NCBI GenBank assembly: GCA_900542055.1
Contig: UQMA01000001.1
Span: 8,079-72,078 of the forward strand
Direction: 5' to 3'
Origin: an uncultured Azospirillum sp.
GTDB taxonomy: Bacteria > Pseudomonadota > Alphaproteobacteria > RF32 > CAG-239
Length of the DNA stretch: 64,000 nt
Shown: piece after piece, positions 60,802-64,000 of the stretch
How positions within the stretch are numbered: position 1 is the stretch's first letter
Layout of the letters: each line of letters starts with the position of its first letter
Made by a program: the position numbers and the translations under genes
The notes under the pieces: model-generated
What the model saw: only the letters and a program-made list of their open reading frames with translations
What the model was told of the DNA's origin: nothing
The model's database searches: none

Positions 60802-63495
60802 CTATTTTCTGTTTTTAGCAGGCATAGCCTCTGGAGTTTTGGCAACCGGATTATCAATATATGATGATACAGGTTTACGCCATACTTTTTGTTCCGGTTT
60901 TGGTGCTGCTTTCGGGAAAGCTTTTCCGCAAATTTCTACACCCAAACTACGCATAGCTGTTTCCATCGGCAGGAACAGATCTGTTTCCGGATCTTGTGCA
61001 CGATGCGATAAACCGGCAACGCGTCCTTTTTCATCAATCAGAGAGGTGCCAATTGTTGCCTTTGGATTAAAAGTTTCAACCACAATTTCGGCAATTCCAT
61101 CTGGAGTATAGCGATAGCTTGAAACTTTTGCAGTATTATTTAGATAAGCTTTATCATTGTCTGTTACCGGAGTCGGAGCAACATAGCTGCCTTTTGCAAC
61201 CGGAGGCAATTCAAGCGTTAACGCCAAAGGAGCATATTCAGCATGTTCGCTCAACACCAACAATGCAGTATTACGATGCGGATTCAAGCGGAAAGCTTTA
61301 GCCTTAATAGTTTTTCCTCCTGAAGTTTCAACCGTATAGCTATTATCTTCACGATTTAGCAAATCAGCTGAAGTCATAACAAATTGTTCTGAAATCAACA
61401 ATCCTGCGCCTTTTTTACCTTTAGAATTTGTAATAGAGACAATAGATTTTCTTGTTTCTTCAATTGTATCAGAACTCAAATTTGCATAGTCGGCGCGTTC
61501 TACAATACACAATTTATCTGCTTCATAGATAGCGCCCGTGGCAACAGGCTCAACAGCTGCAACACCGTTTTCAACAACACCTGAATTTTCAGTTACCGGC
61601 GGATTTTTAAAATCAACAGCTACCACACCTGCTTCTTTAACACCAGAATCTTCGGTTACAGGAGGATTTTGATATTCAATTGCTACAACCCCCGACTCTT
61701 TAACGCCAGAATCTTCAGTTACAGGAGGATTTTGATATTCAATTGCTACAACACCCGACTCTTTAACACCAGAATCTTCAGTTACAGGAGGATTCTTCAT
61801 TTCGACAACCGGCTCTATAGAAACAATTGCCGATTCGTTAATACCTGAATCTTCAACAACCGGAGGATTCTTCATTTCAATTACAGGGGTTGCTTTAATA
61901 ACTTTAACCTCAGTTTCAACAACAGGTTTAACAACCGGAACTTCTCTTATTTCAATCCAGCCTTCTTTTGAAACATAACCACCGGAAACAGCGCCGAAAT
62001 CTTCAACGACTTTGAATTGGCAAATGCCGCTGGCGCGCTGAATTTCCATAAGAGTCTGTTTTTGTCTTTGCATTTCTTCCGGACTGACTCGAACAGCCAA
62101 TTGATCTTCAAACCCCGGCAAATAGCGAAGATTATCGGCAGCATCGGCAAACGCACGTTGGATTAACAACATTTCGCCGTTATACTCACCTTCTTCTACT
62201 TCACCATACCCCGTTGATTCACCTTTCCAAAGAACATTGGTTTTGCTTGCATCCATCAAACGCCATGTTACCTTCATTTCAGATGAACCGTTACGGCTGT
62301 TTTCCATTTTGGCTTCATCCCAGTTATACTCATCACATACATTCATAAAATAATCTGTGATTTCAGCTGTCAAAACATATTCCGGCAAAACACTGTTTTC
62401 ATCAATACACTGTTGCGGATTTACAATCGTGTAGCAATCAGAGACCATATCTTTGAAAATTTCACCGAAGTTCATATCTTTTTCAACAATGCGGCCTTCA
62501 TTCAAAATTGCATTTTTGGTATTCCGACGGCAGCCGAAAATTCTAAAACGATAATTTCCGAGTTTGCGGGAATAAGTTTTTACATCGCCGCGGACAATTC
62601 TGAAATCGACCCACTCCATACTTAACGGAGCAAAATCTTTGCAGCTGCGAACGACTTCCTGCATTTCATATTTTTTAACACATGCCGGTTTCGGAGCAGG
62701 AACGGGTTGTACGCATGTCTGACAAGGTTTCGGAGCTACACATGTACGACAAGGAGCTTTTTGGCAAGGAGCAACTTGACGGCATGGCCGTTTGCAACTT
62801 TGGCAAGGAGTTTTTGTTTGTTGAGCGCAGTTTTTGCACGGACCGCCGCCGAAAATACTGCCGTTTTTGGTGCAGTTTTTGCACGGACCACCGCCAAAAA
62901 TACTGCCGTTTTTGGTGCAGTTCTTGCATGGACCGCCGCCGAAAATACTGCCGTTTTTATCTTTTCTTTTGCACGGACCGCCGCCAAAAATACTGCCGTC
63001 GCGGCAAGTTTCTTCTTCACCTTCAAAAACTTTCTGTCTTTCCGAACGAGATGACATAACAAATTCGGTTTCGGCTTTAGGAGTTTCATTTTGTGAAAAT
63101 TTATATTCATAAGTTTTTTCGGTTCTGCCGCGGCGTTCTACTTCCTGTTGGCTTACAGGCACCAAACGATGTTCTTTGGGCTCATCAACACTTGTCATGT
63201 GATAAACTTTTTCAGGAGCGCGACGGGTTCTTACAGCTTGCGGAGCCGGTTGCGGCTGAGCAGTAACAGGAACTTCCTGATAAACAGGTTCCGCAAAACG
63301 GGTATAAACCTGTGTCTGTGAAGAACAGTCATAATTTTTAACGGACGGATAGATAACATCCGATTGATAATTTTGGACAGGAACATATCTTGCAGAAGTT
63401 GCCTCTGGGCAGCCGCAATCTGATGCATTTGCCGCAGATATGCTCAAGACGGCTGTAACCGTCCAAGTAAACACCCTTGATATTTTATTCAACAT
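60802..63495 (-). CDS. Large secreted repeat protein (897 aa): N-terminal Cys/Pro-rich region, 4x GSIFGGGPCKNCTKN, 4x about 21-aa NPPVTEDSGVKESGVVAIEYQ, C-terminal trypsin-like (possibly inactive) domain
   Basis: Signal peptide MLNKISRVFTWTVTAVLSISAANA. The C-terminus GTSLIDEKGRVAGL sits where a GDSGGP-type motif would be. Confidence 0.65.
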   Translation of the reverse strand: MLNKISRVFTWTVTAVLSISAANASDCGCPEATSARYVPVQNYQSDVIYPSVKNYDCSSQTQVYTRFAEPVYQEVPVTAQPQPAPQAVRTRRAPEKVYHMTSVDEPKEHRLVPVSQQEVERRGRTEKTYEYKFSQNETPKAETEFVMSSRSERQKVFEGEEETCRDGSIFGGGPCKRKDKNGSIFGGGPCKNCTKNGSIFGGGPCKNCTKNGSIFGGGPCKNCAQQTKTPCQSCKRPCRQVAPCQKAPCRTCVAPKPCQTCVQPVPAPKPACVKKYEMQEVVRSCKDFAPLSMEWVDFRIVRGDVKTYSRKLGNYRFRIFGCRRNTKNAILNEGRIVEKDMNFGEIFKDMVSDCYTIVNPQQCIDENSVLPEYVLTAEITDYFMNVCDEYNWDEAKMENSRNGSSEMKVTWRLMDASKTNVLWKGESTGYGEVEEGEYNGEMLLIQRAFADAADNLRYLPGFEDQLAVRVSPEEMQRQKQTLMEIQRASGICQFKVVEDFGAVSGGYVSKEGWIEIREVPVVKPVVETEVKVIKATPVIEMKNPPVVEDSGINESAIVSIEPVVEMKNPPVTEDSGVKESGVVAIEYQNPPVTEDSGVKESGVVAIEYQNPPVTEDSGVKEAGVVAVDFKNPPVTENSGVVENGVAAVEPVATGAIYEADKLCIVERADYANLSSDTIEETRKSIVSITNSKGKKGAGLLISEQFVMTSADLLNREDNSYTVETSGGKTIKAKAFRLNPHRNTALLVLSEHAEYAPLALTLELPPVAKGSYVAPTPVTDNDKAYLNNTAKVSSYRYTPDGIAEIVVETFNPKATIGTSLIDEKGRVAGLSHRAQDPETDLFLPMETAMRSLGVEICGKAFPKAAPKPEQKVWRKPVSSYIDNPVAKTPEAMPAKNRK
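61575..61890. repeat. In-frame tandem repeat array, about 63-nt unit x about 5 (units 4-5 degenerate)
   Basis: Unit ...acccgactctttaacaccagaatcttcagttacaggaggattttgatattcaattgctaca... Confidence 0.8.
62836..63005. repeat. In-frame tandem repeat array, 45-nt unit x about 4
   Basis: Unit gcacggaccgccgccgaaaatactgccgtttttggtgcagttttt. Confidence 0.85.
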
Positions 63496-63508
63496 TATTT
63501 GTCATCTC

Positions 63509-64000
63509 CTAAATCTTATAATCCGGCGCTTTCCAACGTAAAGACAAAGCCTCGGCAATGTGTATTCTATGCAATTTTATTTCATTTTGCAAGTCTGCAA
63601 TTGTCCGAGCCAGCTTTAATGTGCGGTTATATCCTCTGGCTGAAAGTTTTACACGATTTGCGTAATTTAGCAACAATTCTTTTGCATCATCATTCATCGG
63701 AACCGATTTTTCTAATAAATCGCCCGACAACTGAGAATTGGTATGCAGATTATCATATCCAAAAGCGCAGAAACGAGCTTGCTGAATCTTGCGGGCGGCA
63801 ATAACCCTTTTCCTTATTTCAGCACTGGATTCACCCGTTGCTGTCTTAGCCATATCCCATGGGCTGACAGCGGGAACTTCAATTTGTATATCGATTCTGT
63901 CTAACAATGGTCCCGAAATTTTGGCTTGATATTCTTGAGCGCAGCGCGGGGCACGCGCACATTCTCGTGCAGGATTGCCCAAAAATCCGCAGCGGCAAGG
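63509..64000 (-). CDS. YifB/ComM-family Mg-chelatase-like AAA+ ATPase, C-terminal part (the gene continues beyond the window)
   Basis: ISGPLLDRIDIQIEVP, and the C-terminal LSARGYNRTLKLARTIADL. The frame is open to the window edge. Confidence 0.75.
   Translation of the reverse strand, partial: PCRCGFLGNPARECARAPRCAQEYQAKISGPLLDRIDIQIEVPAVSPWDMAKTATGESSAEIRKRVIAARKIQQARFCAFGYDNLHTNSQLSGDLLEKSVPMNDDAKELLLNYANRVKLSARGYNRTLKLARTIADLQNEIKLHRIHIAEALSLRWKAPDYKI

Noticed and set aside
61575-63005. Tandem direct repeats considered as a possible CRISPR array
   Set aside because: The repeats are contiguous, with no spacers. They are in-frame within one long ORF and encode peptide repeats. No cas genes are present.

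Overview
The window is AT-rich (roughly high-30s % GC) and densely coding. Gene content and order look like a small-genome alphaproteobacterium, probably host-associated, though that is inference from synteny only. Housekeeping blocks in conserved order are hppA (5' end outside the window), lptF/G-lptD-surA-ksgA (no pdxA), xerD/aroK, rpsB-tsf, dnaJ, dnaB, rpmB, grpE, holA-lptE-leuS (on the minus strand), rsmB, groES-groEL, gloB, nfu, murJ and a comM/yifB fragment at the 3' edge. Four tRNA genes lie on the minus strand: Arg-CCT, Arg-CCG, Ser and Gly-GCC. There are many clear rho-independent terminators.

Accessory content sits between these blocks:
- A tightly overlapping four-gene module at 21.8-24.9 kb: small lipoprotein, vWA/MIDAS (TerY-like) protein, PP2C phosphatase and a C-terminally membrane-anchored Ser/Thr kinase. 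This is the TerY-P triad architecture in a variant form.
- An orphan PilT/GspE-type ATPase with a non-canonical N-terminus next to it.
- Two paralogous secreted GH24 lysozyme-like genes, each directly downstream of a tRNA gene.
- An island of secreted proteins at 34-38.4 kb, including an 865-aa protein with very high Cys content.
- An 897-aa secreted protein carrying two in-frame tandem-repeat arrays and a trypsin-like C-terminus.
- A HydG-like radical-SAM enzyme beside a GT2 glycosyltransferase.
- An oversized GT5 glycogen-synthase-like protein.
- A TfoX_N-GNAT fusion gene split by a 1-nt frameshift.
- A C/T-rich, roughly 67% GC, ~180-nt non-coding island next to tRNA-Gly.

No CRISPR array, transposase or integrase other than xerD was seen.
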